DNA from: an uncultured Candidatus Saccharibacteria bacterium
Lineage (GTDB): Bacteria > Patescibacteriota > Minisyncoccia > Minisyncoccales > RBG-13-42-11
Length of the DNA stretch: 50,161 nt
NCBI GenBank assembly: GCA_964467045.1
Contig: CAYXOH010000001.1
Location: 4,850-55,010, forward strand
Direction: 5' to 3'
The position numbers and the translations under genes were made by a program. The notes beneath the pieces are model-generated. The model was not told where the DNA came from. It saw only the letters and a program-made list of their open reading frames with translations, and made no database searches. Shown here piece by piece: positions 16,749 through 25,595 of this stretch. Position 1 is the first letter of the stretch. Each line of letters opens with the position of its first letter.

Positions 16749-18017
16749 CTATAATTTTAATAACTTTTCAAATTTTTCTTTATCTTTATGTGGACCAATT
16801 AAAGCTAAATTTAAATTTTTGTTTCTAAAAATATCTTTTGCTACTTTAAGGATATCATTTGGAGTAATTTTATCAATTTTAGCAAAGATTTCCTTTGGGG
16901 TAAGAATTCTTTTTTCAAATATTTCTTGAGTAGCATAAAAGGATGCTTTAGCATCGGAAGATTCTAATAATAATGCTAATTTTCCTTTAAGATTATCTTT
17001 AGCTTTTTTAAGTTCTGATTCAGAAATCTTATTTTGAGATACCTTTCTATATTCTTTTAAAATAGCTGAAATTGCTTTTTCAATTCTCTGATTATCCACT
17101 CCGGCCCGAGCAGTAAAATAACCCGTATCGGGATTTGCCTCTACTTCGGTTTTAATGTAATAAGCCAATCCTAATTTTTCTCTAATTTCTACGAATAACC
17201 TAGAACTCATCATTCCGCCTAAAATTATTCCCAAAACATCCTGGGTGTATCGTTGAGGATGAAAAACATTATATCCCCTCACTCCAAGATATAAGTGTGA
17301 TTGGTCGGTTTTTCTATATTCTAAAAGACATTGAGGACTTTTTTGTTTTTCAATGACTTTTAGCTTTTGGCTTGGACCTACTTCAGCTACGTTAATAAAG
17401 TATTTTTGTATTAATTTCTTAGATTTTTGCTTATTAAAGTTTCCTGCTATGCATAAAATCGTATTTGAAGGGACATATTGTTTCTTCCTGTAATTTATTA
17501 GACTATTGCGGGTTATTCTCCTGACACTTTCTTTAGTGCCGGCAATATCCCAGCCGGCCGGCTGATTACCATATAATAATTTTGGCCACATTACTCCTTC
17601 AACATAACTCATTGGATGGTCGTAAATCATATTAATTTCCTCAATAATTACTTTTTTTTCTTTTTCAATTTCTTTTTGTGGAAGTAAGCTGTTTAAAAAT
17701 ATATCCGAGACCCAATCAAATACTAATTCAAATTGGGAAGCTTCTACTTTGGCAAAGTATCCTGTAAAATCCTGACCGGTAAAAGCATTATAAATCCCCC
17801 CAATCTTGTCCAAGGGTTCTACTACCCCAACAGGAGTAGACCTTTTTTTGGTTCCCTTGAACATCATGTGTTCCAAAAAATGAGAAATCCCATTGATTTC
17901 CTTTGTCTCATACTTTGAACCGGTTCCAACCAAAATTAAAACAGTTACCGCCTGACTGCTTTTTTGAGGAACAGTAATAATCCTTAATCCATTTTTAAGA
18001 GTTGTTTTTGTATACAT
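16749..18017 (-). CDS. M16-family zinc peptidase (insulinase-like)
   Basis: 422 aa with the inverted zinc motif HFLEH plus a downstream E. Confidence 0.85.
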   Translation of the reverse strand: MYTKTTLKNGLRIITVPQKSSQAVTVLILVGTGSKYETKEINGISHFLEHMMFKGTKKRSTPVGVVEPLDKIGGIYNAFTGQDFTGYFAKVEASQFELVFDWVSDIFLNSLLPQKEIEKEKKVIIEEINMIYDHPMSYVEGVMWPKLLYGNQPAGWDIAGTKESVRRITRNSLINYRKKQYVPSNTILCIAGNFNKQKSKKLIQKYFINVAEVGPSQKLKVIEKQKSPQCLLEYRKTDQSHLYLGVRGYNVFHPQRYTQDVLGIILGGMMSSRLFVEIREKLGLAYYIKTEVEANPDTGYFTARAGVDNQRIEKAISAILKEYRKVSQNKISESELKKAKDNLKGKLALLLESSDAKASFYATQEIFEKRILTPKEIFAKIDKITPNDILKVAKDIFRNKNLNLALIGPHKDKEKFEKLLKL

Positions 18018-19318
18018 TCAACTAAATCTTTAATTTTTACTCTTTCTTGCGACATGGTGTCCCTGTCACGAACCGTCAGATCATCCTTTTCTAAAGTTTC
18101 AAAATCAATAGTCACAGCAAATAAGGTGCCGATTTCGTCTTGCCTGCGATAACGTCTTCCGATTGAACCCACTTCATCATACTGGGTCATAAAATGAGGC
18201 TTTAAAATTTCAAAAATCTCTTTAGCTTTCTTGACTAATTCTGGCTTATTTTTGACTAAAGGCATAACTGCCACTTTAATCGGCGCTATTTTCTTATCGA
18301 TTTTAAAAACTACTTCTATTTCCTTGGTAGCTTCGGTTGTCTTTGTTCTGCCACCCTTAATTTCCGTATAGGCATTGCACAAAACAGCCAAAAGAGCTCT
18401 TTCTAATCCCATGGTTGGTTCAATAACATAAGGATAATATTTCTTTTTTGTCTCTTCATCAAAATATTTCAAATCTTTCCCGGAAAACTGACTGTGTCTC
18501 TTTAAATCGTAATCTGTACGATTGGCTACGCCAGCTAACTCTGCCCAGCCAAAGGGAAACTTGTATTCAATATCAACTGTTCTTTTGGAATAATGGGCTA
18601 AGGATTTTTTAGGATGTTCGTAAAGACGCAGGTTCTCTTTCTTCAACCCCAAATCCAAAAAGAATTTTCGCCATTCCTCCAGCCAGAAATCAAACCATTG
18701 TTCATCTTTTCCCGGTTCAACAAAATATTCAATTTCGGCAAGGTCAAATTCTTTGGAACGAAAAGTAAAGTTCCCAGTAGTAATTTCATTTCTAAAACTC
18801 CGGCCAACCTGAGCAATGCCAAAAGGAACTTTTAAACGTTGAGATTCCTGAACTAGTTTAAAGTTGGTAAACATTGATTGGGCAGTTTCTGGTCTTAAAT
18901 AAGTTATATGGGCTTCGTCTTCCACCGGTCCCAGAAAAGTTTTAAACAATAAATTGAATTGCCGAGAAGGAGTGAAATCTTTACCCCCACATTGGGGACA
19001 CTCTTTTTTTGTTAATTGGTCTTCTCTAAAACGGGAATGGCATTTCTTGCACTCAATTAAAGGATCGGTAAAACTTTCAAGGTGTCCTGAAGCTTCCCAA
19101 GTTTTAGGATGCATTAAAACCGTACCATCTATCAAAACTACATCTTCTCGATTTTGAACAAATTTTTTAAGCCAGAGATTCCTGATATTATTTTTTAAAA
19201 GAGCGCCCAGGGGCCCGTAATCCCAAAGTGCCTCCACGCCTCCGTAAATCTCCGAGGATGGAAAAATAAAACCACGTCTTTTGCAAAGTGATACAATTTT
19301 TTCCATTAAAGCTGCCAT
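17984..19318 (-). CDS. glyQS: Glycine--tRNA ligase (dimeric class II type)
   Basis: 444 aa. The N-terminus ..CKRRGFIFPSSEIYGG....WDYGPLG is characteristic. Confidence 0.95.
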   Translation of the reverse strand: MAALMEKIVSLCKRRGFIFPSSEIYGGVEALWDYGPLGALLKNNIRNLWLKKFVQNREDVVLIDGTVLMHPKTWEASGHLESFTDPLIECKKCHSRFREDQLTKKECPQCGGKDFTPSRQFNLLFKTFLGPVEDEAHITYLRPETAQSMFTNFKLVQESQRLKVPFGIAQVGRSFRNEITTGNFTFRSKEFDLAEIEYFVEPGKDEQWFDFWLEEWRKFFLDLGLKKENLRLYEHPKKSLAHYSKRTVDIEYKFPFGWAELAGVANRTDYDLKRHSQFSGKDLKYFDEETKKKYYPYVIEPTMGLERALLAVLCNAYTEIKGGRTKTTEATKEIEVVFKIDKKIAPIKVAVMPLVKNKPELVKKAKEIFEILKPHFMTQYDEVGSIGRRYRRQDEIGTLFAVTIDFETLEKDDLTVRDRDTMSQERVKIKDLVECIQKQLLKMD

Positions 19319-19329
19319 AAATTTGAAAT

Positions 19330-21006
19330 TTATTGTACTACTCCCTGAGAATCGCTCACGGTTTCATCATCCGGTAAGGTAGTATCAATGGCCGTACTGC
19401 TGGCGGTTAATATGGTTTCCGTCCATTGATCCTGACCGCTGATTGTAGCAGCGCTAATTAAGTCCGGGGTTTTTCCTCTTTGTGAGCCGTTTGGGGTAAA
19501 TTCAATCTGGAAAGAAATATTAGGAGCATCATTCAGAACTCCCTGCCCAACTTCTAAATCACCTATCTCCCAAACTAATTCTTTGGATTGAGAATCAAAG
19601 GCAAATTTTTCAGATTCTTCCTCGGGAAAAATTTTACCGGTTAACTTTACTTGAACTGGTAAAACAGCTTTTACTTTGGTGTTTTTTGCTTCCGAATAGT
19701 AATTCTTAACTTGCCAAATTATTGTATAGGTAGTGGCCTCGCCAACAGTTGGTGGTAGGGGTCCTGAATTTCCAAAAACTTCTTCCTGAAAATACCCCTT
19801 TTGGACGATTTCTATTTTTGATTTAACTTTATTGACAAATTCTTCTCTGGCTTGGGGGAGAATAATTCTATTTTTAATCACTGGGTTTTTATTTTCAGGA
19901 GAAGAAATGTGCCATTCATCTTTTAGTTCAACCCAAAACTCTACCTTACCTTCTTCTAATGAATCTAAAAACTGTAGTTCGGGAACTCGTCTCCAATCAA
20001 AAACGATGGAATTATCTCCTGGTTCAAAATTACCAAAATCTGATTTTATACTCTGTAAATCAAAAGCTTCTCCTTCTAATTTGTTGACTAAAGACATATA
20101 AGTTAAAGATTCCTCTCCGATATTCTTAAAGAAAATCTCGTAGTGTAGCAAATCTCCAGGAGAAGCAATATATTCTGGATTATTATTGATTTGCTGAGTA
20201 ATATGTAAATCTGGCTGAACAATTTCTATTCCTTTAGCCGCTTCCTTTAAGAGGACGATTTCTCCATTCTGCCAGCTGCCAATTTTTGCCTGAAAAACTT
20301 TCTCTTCTCCAACTTCTCCTCTAATTTTCCCGGTAATTTCAACTCTTCCGCCGTCAGCTTTATTTAAAAGTCCAATTTCCCAGTCAGTTTTTTCCAATGA
20401 TTCAGGAATAGCACTAATAAATTCAAACTCTGAAGGATAACTAATTGTTATTCTTAAATCAGAAAGCGGATAATCTACATTGGAAAAATAATTCAATCTA
20501 AAGCTCAATTCCTTTCCAGATTCAATTTTTGATGGAATATCAAATTCAAAGGTCAGGGGCACCTTATTAATTTTAGTAGTAAATGTAGTAGATGATTCAT
20601 AGCCAGCTTTTAAATTTTTGGGCCGGTAGCTCAGTAAGGCTTTAGCCGTCTTAATTTCTCCTTCTTTGCCTAAAAGTCGGGCTTTAAAGCTAAAGGTTTT
20701 TTCTTCGCCGGGATAAATCGCCCCGCCAAAATCATCTGAGCCCTTAGTAACCCTCAGAGATTCTTCTCCGACTGGTATAGAATAGTCGGGATACTCAAAA
20801 ATTAATTCAGGTTCCTCCAAGCGAGTGGTTCCGTTATTTTTATACTTAACAATATATTCAATTTCCTGGAGAAGATCGGCTTCTTCCGGACCCAAGATTT
20901 CCACCTTTAAAATATCTTTAGAATAAATATTCTTTTGAAAAAAATAAAAACCTAAAACGCCTGCTAAAATAGCTAAAAATATAATAAAAAGGGTAGCTTT
21001 TTTCAT
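19330..21006 (-). CDS. Hypothetical membrane-anchored extracytoplasmic protein
   Basis: 558 aa. A single N-terminal hydrophobic helix (ATLFIIFLAILAGVLGFYFF) is followed by long beta-rich repetitive sequence. No catalytic motif recognised. Confidence 0.7.
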   Translation of the reverse strand: MKKATLFIIFLAILAGVLGFYFFQKNIYSKDILKVEILGPEEADLLQEIEYIVKYKNNGTTRLEEPELIFEYPDYSIPVGEESLRVTKGSDDFGGAIYPGEEKTFSFKARLLGKEGEIKTAKALLSYRPKNLKAGYESSTTFTTKINKVPLTFEFDIPSKIESGKELSFRLNYFSNVDYPLSDLRITISYPSEFEFISAIPESLEKTDWEIGLLNKADGGRVEITGKIRGEVGEEKVFQAKIGSWQNGEIVLLKEAAKGIEIVQPDLHITQQINNNPEYIASPGDLLHYEIFFKNIGEESLTYMSLVNKLEGEAFDLQSIKSDFGNFEPGDNSIVFDWRRVPELQFLDSLEEGKVEFWVELKDEWHISSPENKNPVIKNRIILPQAREEFVNKVKSKIEIVQKGYFQEEVFGNSGPLPPTVGEATTYTIIWQVKNYYSEAKNTKVKAVLPVQVKLTGKIFPEEESEKFAFDSQSKELVWEIGDLEVGQGVLNDAPNISFQIEFTPNGSQRGKTPDLISAATISGQDQWTETILTASSTAIDTTLPDDETVSDSQGVVQ

Positions 21007-21026
21007 AATATATTTAATTTACCAAA

Positions 21027-21755
21027 TTATTTAATTTGTTCCAAGACTGCCGATAAATAATAGTTGGATATTTTGTTTAATTCGTTGAATGTTTGATTAT
21101 CAATCCTTAATCTTCTTAGAATGGCTAAATCTTTCCTTAAAATAATCCTTAATATTTTTACGGCATCGGAGCTAATTGGCTGGAGAAATTTTGTCTTATC
21201 CTTACATTCCTCTCCTATCAGCCCTCCTTCTTTTAAGCTAAAGGAAATATTATTAGGGATTATTTTTTTCTGACAAATAGAACAGTAATAAAGCTCTACT
21301 TGATAGCCTAAAATAGAAAGAAGATTCCAGAGAAAATAATAGTATATCATAGAACATTGAACAGGGAACGGGAAATGGCTATTGAGTGTTGTAAATGTTT
21401 CCGTTAATAGATGCCAGATTTTGGGGTCGGGCTCCTCTCCTTTAAACAAATTGTCCACCGCATCAGAAATTCGATGGGCAATTGCTATTTTTTTTAGATC
21501 TCCTCTTAAATTTTTAAAGTTGTTGATTAAGATAGCATCAGTTAAGGTTTTGTGGGTTTTTCCCTGAATAAATTCGATTTCTGAAAGATAGAAAATTTCT
21601 AAACCCGCTCTTAGTTTTGATTCTATTTTTCTTTCAGCTTTTGCTAATAAATCCAACCTTCCAAAATCTTTAGTATAAATTGTAAAAATTCTGTCTGCTT
21701 CTCCACGATTAATTTTCTTCAAGATAAAACCTGGCGTTCGGTAATGCAGAAACAT
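21027..21755 (-). CDS. recO: DNA repair protein RecO
   Basis: 242 aa. OB-fold N-terminus (GFILKKINRGEADRIFTIYTKDFGRL) and a C-x2-C ... zinc-like segment (CSICQKK). Confidence 0.85.
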   Translation of the reverse strand: MFLHYRTPGFILKKINRGEADRIFTIYTKDFGRLDLLAKAERKIESKLRAGLEIFYLSEIEFIQGKTHKTLTDAILINNFKNLRGDLKKIAIAHRISDAVDNLFKGEEPDPKIWHLLTETFTTLNSHFPFPVQCSMIYYYFLWNLLSILGYQVELYYCSICQKKIIPNNISFSLKEGGLIGEECKDKTKFLQPISSDAVKILRIILRKDLAILRRLRIDNQTFNELNKISNYYLSAVLEQIK

Positions 21756-21765
21756 ATTTATTTGA

Positions 21766-22068
21766 TTAGTATGGCTTAACTCCAGTAATATCTTGTAAAA
21801 ATCTGATTTTTCTATCAGTACCTACCCTTTCTTGGCTTGTCTTAGCTCGATGTCTTTCCGTCCTTAACTCTCTTAGTCGTCTTTTAACCTCTATTTCTGA
21901 AATATGGCTGCTAAATCTCGAATGGGGAAACATTTCTTTTTCCATTTTCATTCTTTGTTGCAGAGAATACATTCTGCCGCCAGCTCCCGGAATATATGGA
22001 GAAGATTTTTTTAATATTTCTCTCAATTCAGGCCTGGTAATTCCTTTTTTCTTGTTGAAAATAGACAT
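21766..22068 (-). CDS. Hypothetical small basic protein
   Basis: 100-aa ORF packed between recO and ileS. No recognisable family. Confidence 0.55.
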   Translation of the reverse strand: MSIFNKKKGITRPELREILKKSSPYIPGAGGRMYSLQQRMKMEKEMFPHSRFSSHISEIEVKRRLRELRTERHRAKTSQERVGTDRKIRFLQDITGVKPY

Positions 22069-22071
22069 AAT

Positions 22072-25000
22072 TTAAATCTTTTTAATTGCTAACCATAATT
22101 TTTGTTGCTCGACCTTTAATTCTTTTTTTATACCAAAAACTTGTTTTGGTTTTTCTCCTAAAACAAAATTTTTGACTTTTGCTTCTTTGATAATAAATTC
22201 TTTATTTTTTTGGAGGATTTTGTTTAAATTACCTTCTCCAAGAAATCTGACTAAAATTTTATCTTTTGGTTTCAAGTTGGCTTTCTTTCTCATCTCTTGG
22301 ATATTGCGGATTATCTCCCTGACGATGCCTTCTTCTTTAAGTAGCGGAGTTATTTTAGTATCTAATTCTAATTTTTCTTTAAGTTTAGAGTCAAAAACCA
22401 CTTCCTTAATGTTAACTTCTTCAGCAATTAAATTAAGTAAATCATTATCAATTTTTGACTTTTCGCTTTTAATTTTTAATTTTTGAAGCGGTTGTCTAAC
22501 TTTTATTCCGGCCCTTGCCCGCTCGGCCAGTGCTCTGGCAACAATTTCTCTTACCTCTCTCATCTTTTTTTCTAATTTATCATCTTTTATTTTTTTATTT
22601 TCTTCCGGCCAATCTTCTAAATGGCAACTTCTTTTCTTCCCCAGCCCCCGATAGATCACTTCACTTAGGAACGGAATAAAAGGAGCAGTTAGTTTGCTTA
22701 GAGTTAAAAGTGCAAAACTTAAAGTTTCCGAGACCTCTTTTAATTCTTTTTTGCTGGCAGGTTTTTGAAATCTCTTTCTGGAACGCCGGATGTACCATAA
22801 AGAAAGATCTTCAACTACAAAATTCTCAATTGCCCTAGCCGCACCAGTCACATTATACCTATTCAATCTTTGAGTGGCTTCCCGGATAAGATTATCTAGC
22901 CTGGCAATAACCCATTTATCAAGAATATGTTTGGATTTTGGAATTTGGGATTTGGAGTTTGGAATTTCTTTTTTTTGAGCATAGGTTCTTAAAAAAATAT
23001 ATGAGTTCCAGAAAGTCAAGATGAATTTTTTCAGAGCTTGGTCTACTTCTCTTTCAGAAAATAACTTAGCATCTCCCGGCTGGTTTATGGTGTAAAAGTA
23101 CCAGCGAGTGGCATCTGCTCCATATTCTTCAATAATAGAATTCGGTTCAACTACATTGCCTTTGGATTTTGACATCTTATCTCCTTTTTCATCTAAAACA
23201 TGACCCAAAGAGATAGCATTTTTATAAGTCGGCCCTTTCTTTAATAAAGTAGAGATAGCCAAAAGTGTATAAAACCACCCCCGGGTTTGATCAATGGCTT
23301 CAGAAATATAATCTGCCGGGAACTGTTCTTCCTGTAATTTTTGGTTTCCGAAAGGATAATGATATTGAGCAAAAGGCATAGCCCCTGAATCAAACCAGCA
23401 ATCAATCACTTCCGGAGTTCTCTCCATTAAGTTCTGGCATTTGGGACAATAAAATTTAACTTTATCAATGTAAGGACGGTGGAAATCTAATTCCATATTT
23501 TCGTTATACGGCAAATTACTGAACTTTAATTTTCTCAACTCTCCCGTTTTAATATGGGACCTCATTCTTTTTTCTACCATTTGTTTTTGGGAAAGTCCTT
23601 CGTTTGCCCCGGCCAAGGCAGTAATGGGGAATTCATGACTGATAATCAAAACTGTTTTATTCTGATATTTTTTATCGGTATCTTTTAAAAAAGAGTGCAT
23701 TCTTTTTTGTGCATCTGAATAATTTTCTCCTTTTGGTGCTCTAACTTTGAATCTTTTCAGATAATAATCTAATTTTTTAAGTTTTCTTTCCGGATCCCAA
23801 AATCTCCCCGCTATTTTAACTGATTTTCCGTTCAGACCGCCCATATCAAGTTCTCTTAATCTTTTGTCAAATTTCGGTTTAACTCCTGTCTCTCTTTCTA
23901 TAATTTCAGCTGTCTGTCTTGTTCTCAAAAGATCCGAAGAAAAAATTAAATCAATTTTAGCTTTTTTTATTTTTTCAGCCACTTTTGCAATTTGTCTTCT
24001 TCCTCTTTTTGTCAGGGAACATTTGCTTTTTTCTGGCCAGCAAGAAACTAAATTTTTGACATTTCTATCGGACTCCCCGTGTCTCAAAATAAGATATTTA
24101 TTACTGCTGAATTTTTTCAAGAGCAGGTCCTTTTTTGAACCAATAATTTCCACTTGGCCACATTTTTTACATTGCCAAACAGGCAGAGGTGTCCCCCAGT
24201 ATCTTTCCCTAGAAAAAGCCCAATCTTTAATTTCTCTTAACCATTCACCAAATCTCCCCTTTTTTAAATGAGCTGGAATCCAATTAATTTTTTGACTATT
24301 TGCAAGCAAACCTTTTCTGACCTTCTTTACATTTATAAACCAGCTTTGTTTAGCATAATAAAGCAAGGGTGAATTACATCGCCAACAAAAAGGATAATCG
24401 TGACTATAGGGCTCTTTTTTGAAAAGCAGGTTTCTCTTTTTTAAATCTTCAACAATTAAAGGATCAGCCTTTTTAACAAATATTCCTTTCCATGGTTTAA
24501 CTTCCGGAACGAAACAGCCAACTTCATCTACAGTAATAAAAATTGGTAAATTCTTTTCTTTTCCTAATTCCATGTCTTCTTCGCCAAAAGCCGGAGCTAT
24601 ATGAACCAATCCTGTTCCCTCTTCTAAAGAAACAAAGTTGCCAGCAACTATAAACCAAGCTTTTTTATCGGGTTTCATAAATTTATACAAAGGTTCGTAT
24701 TCTAACCCAATTAATTCTTTTCCTTTAATTTCTTCAACAATTTTCCCCTCCACCCCGGAAGCTTTCATTCTTTCCTTGGCTAAAATTAAATAGCAAGCCT
24801 CTTCCCTTGAGGAAGAAGGCGAAGATAAAGATGAGGACGAAGTCTTCATCGCCGATTCATTGTCAGCTTTCACTTTTACATAAGTTAAATTTGGGTTTAC
24901 AGCAACAGCAACATTACCGGGCAATGTCCAGGGAGTGGTCGTCCAAACCAATAAGCTGGTATCTGATTTTAATTTAAATTTTACATATATTGCCGGCTCT

Positions 25001-25587
25001 TCAATTCTTTCGTACCCCAAAGACACTTCATGAGAAGATAAACTCGTTCCACATCTTGGACAATAAGGAACTACTTTGTAATCCTGATAAATGAGGCCCT
25101 TTTTATAAATTTCTTTTAAAATCCACCAAACGCTTTCAATATATTCTGTTTCATATGTAATATAAGGATTTTTTAAATCCAACCAGAAACCGATTCTTTC
25201 GGTTAAACCTTCCCAATCTTTTTTATAATTCCAAACCGATTGTTTGCATAGTTTATTAAACTTAGCTATGCCGTATTTCTCAATATCTTTTTTGCTTTTC
25301 AATCCCAATTTCTTTTCAGTTTCTAATTCAACCGGCAATCCATGGGTATCCCAGCCAGCTTTCCTCAAAACTTTAAATCCCTGCATAGTTTTGTATCTAC
25401 AAATAATATCCTTATAAATTCTGCTTAAAACATGATGGATACCCGGTTTAGCATTAGCGGTTGGAGGTCCTTCAAAAAATACAAAATCCGGCGCCTTTTT
25501 CCGCTGCAAAATGGATTTTTCAAAAACTTGATTGTCTTGCCAAAATTTCAATATTTTCTTTTCGTTTTTGGGAAAATTTATCTCCAT
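22072..25587 (-). CDS. ileS: Isoleucine--tRNA ligase (type 2) carrying an embedded histidine-phosphatase domain and two repeat-derived insertions
   Basis: Start set at MEINFPKNEKKILKFWQ (ATG 25587, 8 nt after the argS stop); the track ORF extends 44 codons into argS. Has the PPTANAKPGIHHVLSR (HIGH-type) motif, the WAFSRERYWGTPLPVW motif and DKMSKSKGN. Confidence 0.93.
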   Translation of the reverse strand: MEINFPKNEKKILKFWQDNQVFEKSILQRKKAPDFVFFEGPPTANAKPGIHHVLSRIYKDIICRYKTMQGFKVLRKAGWDTHGLPVELETEKKLGLKSKKDIEKYGIAKFNKLCKQSVWNYKKDWEGLTERIGFWLDLKNPYITYETEYIESVWWILKEIYKKGLIYQDYKVVPYCPRCGTSLSSHEVSLGYERIEEPAIYVKFKLKSDTSLLVWTTTPWTLPGNVAVAVNPNLTYVKVKADNESAMKTSSSSLSSPSSSREEACYLILAKERMKASGVEGKIVEEIKGKELIGLEYEPLYKFMKPDKKAWFIVAGNFVSLEEGTGLVHIAPAFGEEDMELGKEKNLPIFITVDEVGCFVPEVKPWKGIFVKKADPLIVEDLKKRNLLFKKEPYSHDYPFCWRCNSPLLYYAKQSWFINVKKVRKGLLANSQKINWIPAHLKKGRFGEWLREIKDWAFSRERYWGTPLPVWQCKKCGQVEIIGSKKDLLLKKFSSNKYLILRHGESDRNVKNLVSCWPEKSKCSLTKRGRRQIAKVAEKIKKAKIDLIFSSDLLRTRQTAEIIERETGVKPKFDKRLRELDMGGLNGKSVKIAGRFWDPERKLKKLDYYLKRFKVRAPKGENYSDAQKRMHSFLKDTDKKYQNKTVLIISHEFPITALAGANEGLSQKQMVEKRMRSHIKTGELRKLKFSNLPYNENMELDFHRPYIDKVKFYCPKCQNLMERTPEVIDCWFDSGAMPFAQYHYPFGNQKLQEEQFPADYISEAIDQTRGWFYTLLAISTLLKKGPTYKNAISLGHVLDEKGDKMSKSKGNVVEPNSIIEEYGADATRWYFYTINQPGDAKLFSEREVDQALKKFILTFWNSYIFLRTYAQKKEIPNSKSQIPKSKHILDKWVIARLDNLIREATQRLNRYNVTGAARAIENFVVEDLSLWYIRRSRKRFQKPASKKELKEVSETLSFALLTLSKLTAPFIPFLSEVIYRGLGKKRSCHLEDWPEENKKIKDDKLEKKMREVREIVARALAERARAGIKVRQPLQKLKIKSEKSKIDNDLLNLIAEEVNIKEVVFDSKLKEKLELDTKITPLLKEEGIVREIIRNIQEMRKKANLKPKDKILVRFLGEGNLNKILQKNKEFIIKEAKVKNFVLGEKPKQVFGIKKELKVEQQKLWLAIKKI
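22928..22967 (-). repeat. Heptanucleotide tandem array (coding strand AYYCCAA x ~5.5) inside ileS
   Basis: The plus strand reads GTTTGG ATTTTGG AATTTGG GATTTGG AGTTTGG AATTT and encodes EIPNSKSQIPKSK. A sister array is at 25874-25906. Confidence 0.85.
23500..24102 (-). other. Histidine-phosphatase (PGAM / His_Phos_1-like) domain inserted in IleRS
   Basis: Residues ..YLILRHGESDRN....LTKRGRRQIAKV....IFSSDLLRTRQTAEII....LRELDMGGLNG....PKGENYSD..KRM..FL....VLIISHEFPI. All signature blocks of the family appear in order, between IleRS blocks KCGQVEIIGS and DFHRPYID. Confidence 0.8.
24793..24857 (-). repeat. Two-hairpin element copy, in frame and sense inside ileS
   Basis: The minus strand reads AATCGGCGATGAAGACTTCGTCCTCATCTTTATCTTCGCCTTCTTCCTCAAGGGAAGAGGCTTGC and encodes ESAMKTSSSSLSSPSSSREEAC. 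Confidence 0.8.
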
Positions 25588-25595
25588 AACTTTAT

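Noticed and set aside
17551-17575. A 14-bp palindrome, CAGCCGGCCGGCTG, inside the M16 peptidase gene.
   Set aside because: It encodes part of a normal-looking segment (NQPAGWDIAGT), has no flanking element features, and is a single occurrence.
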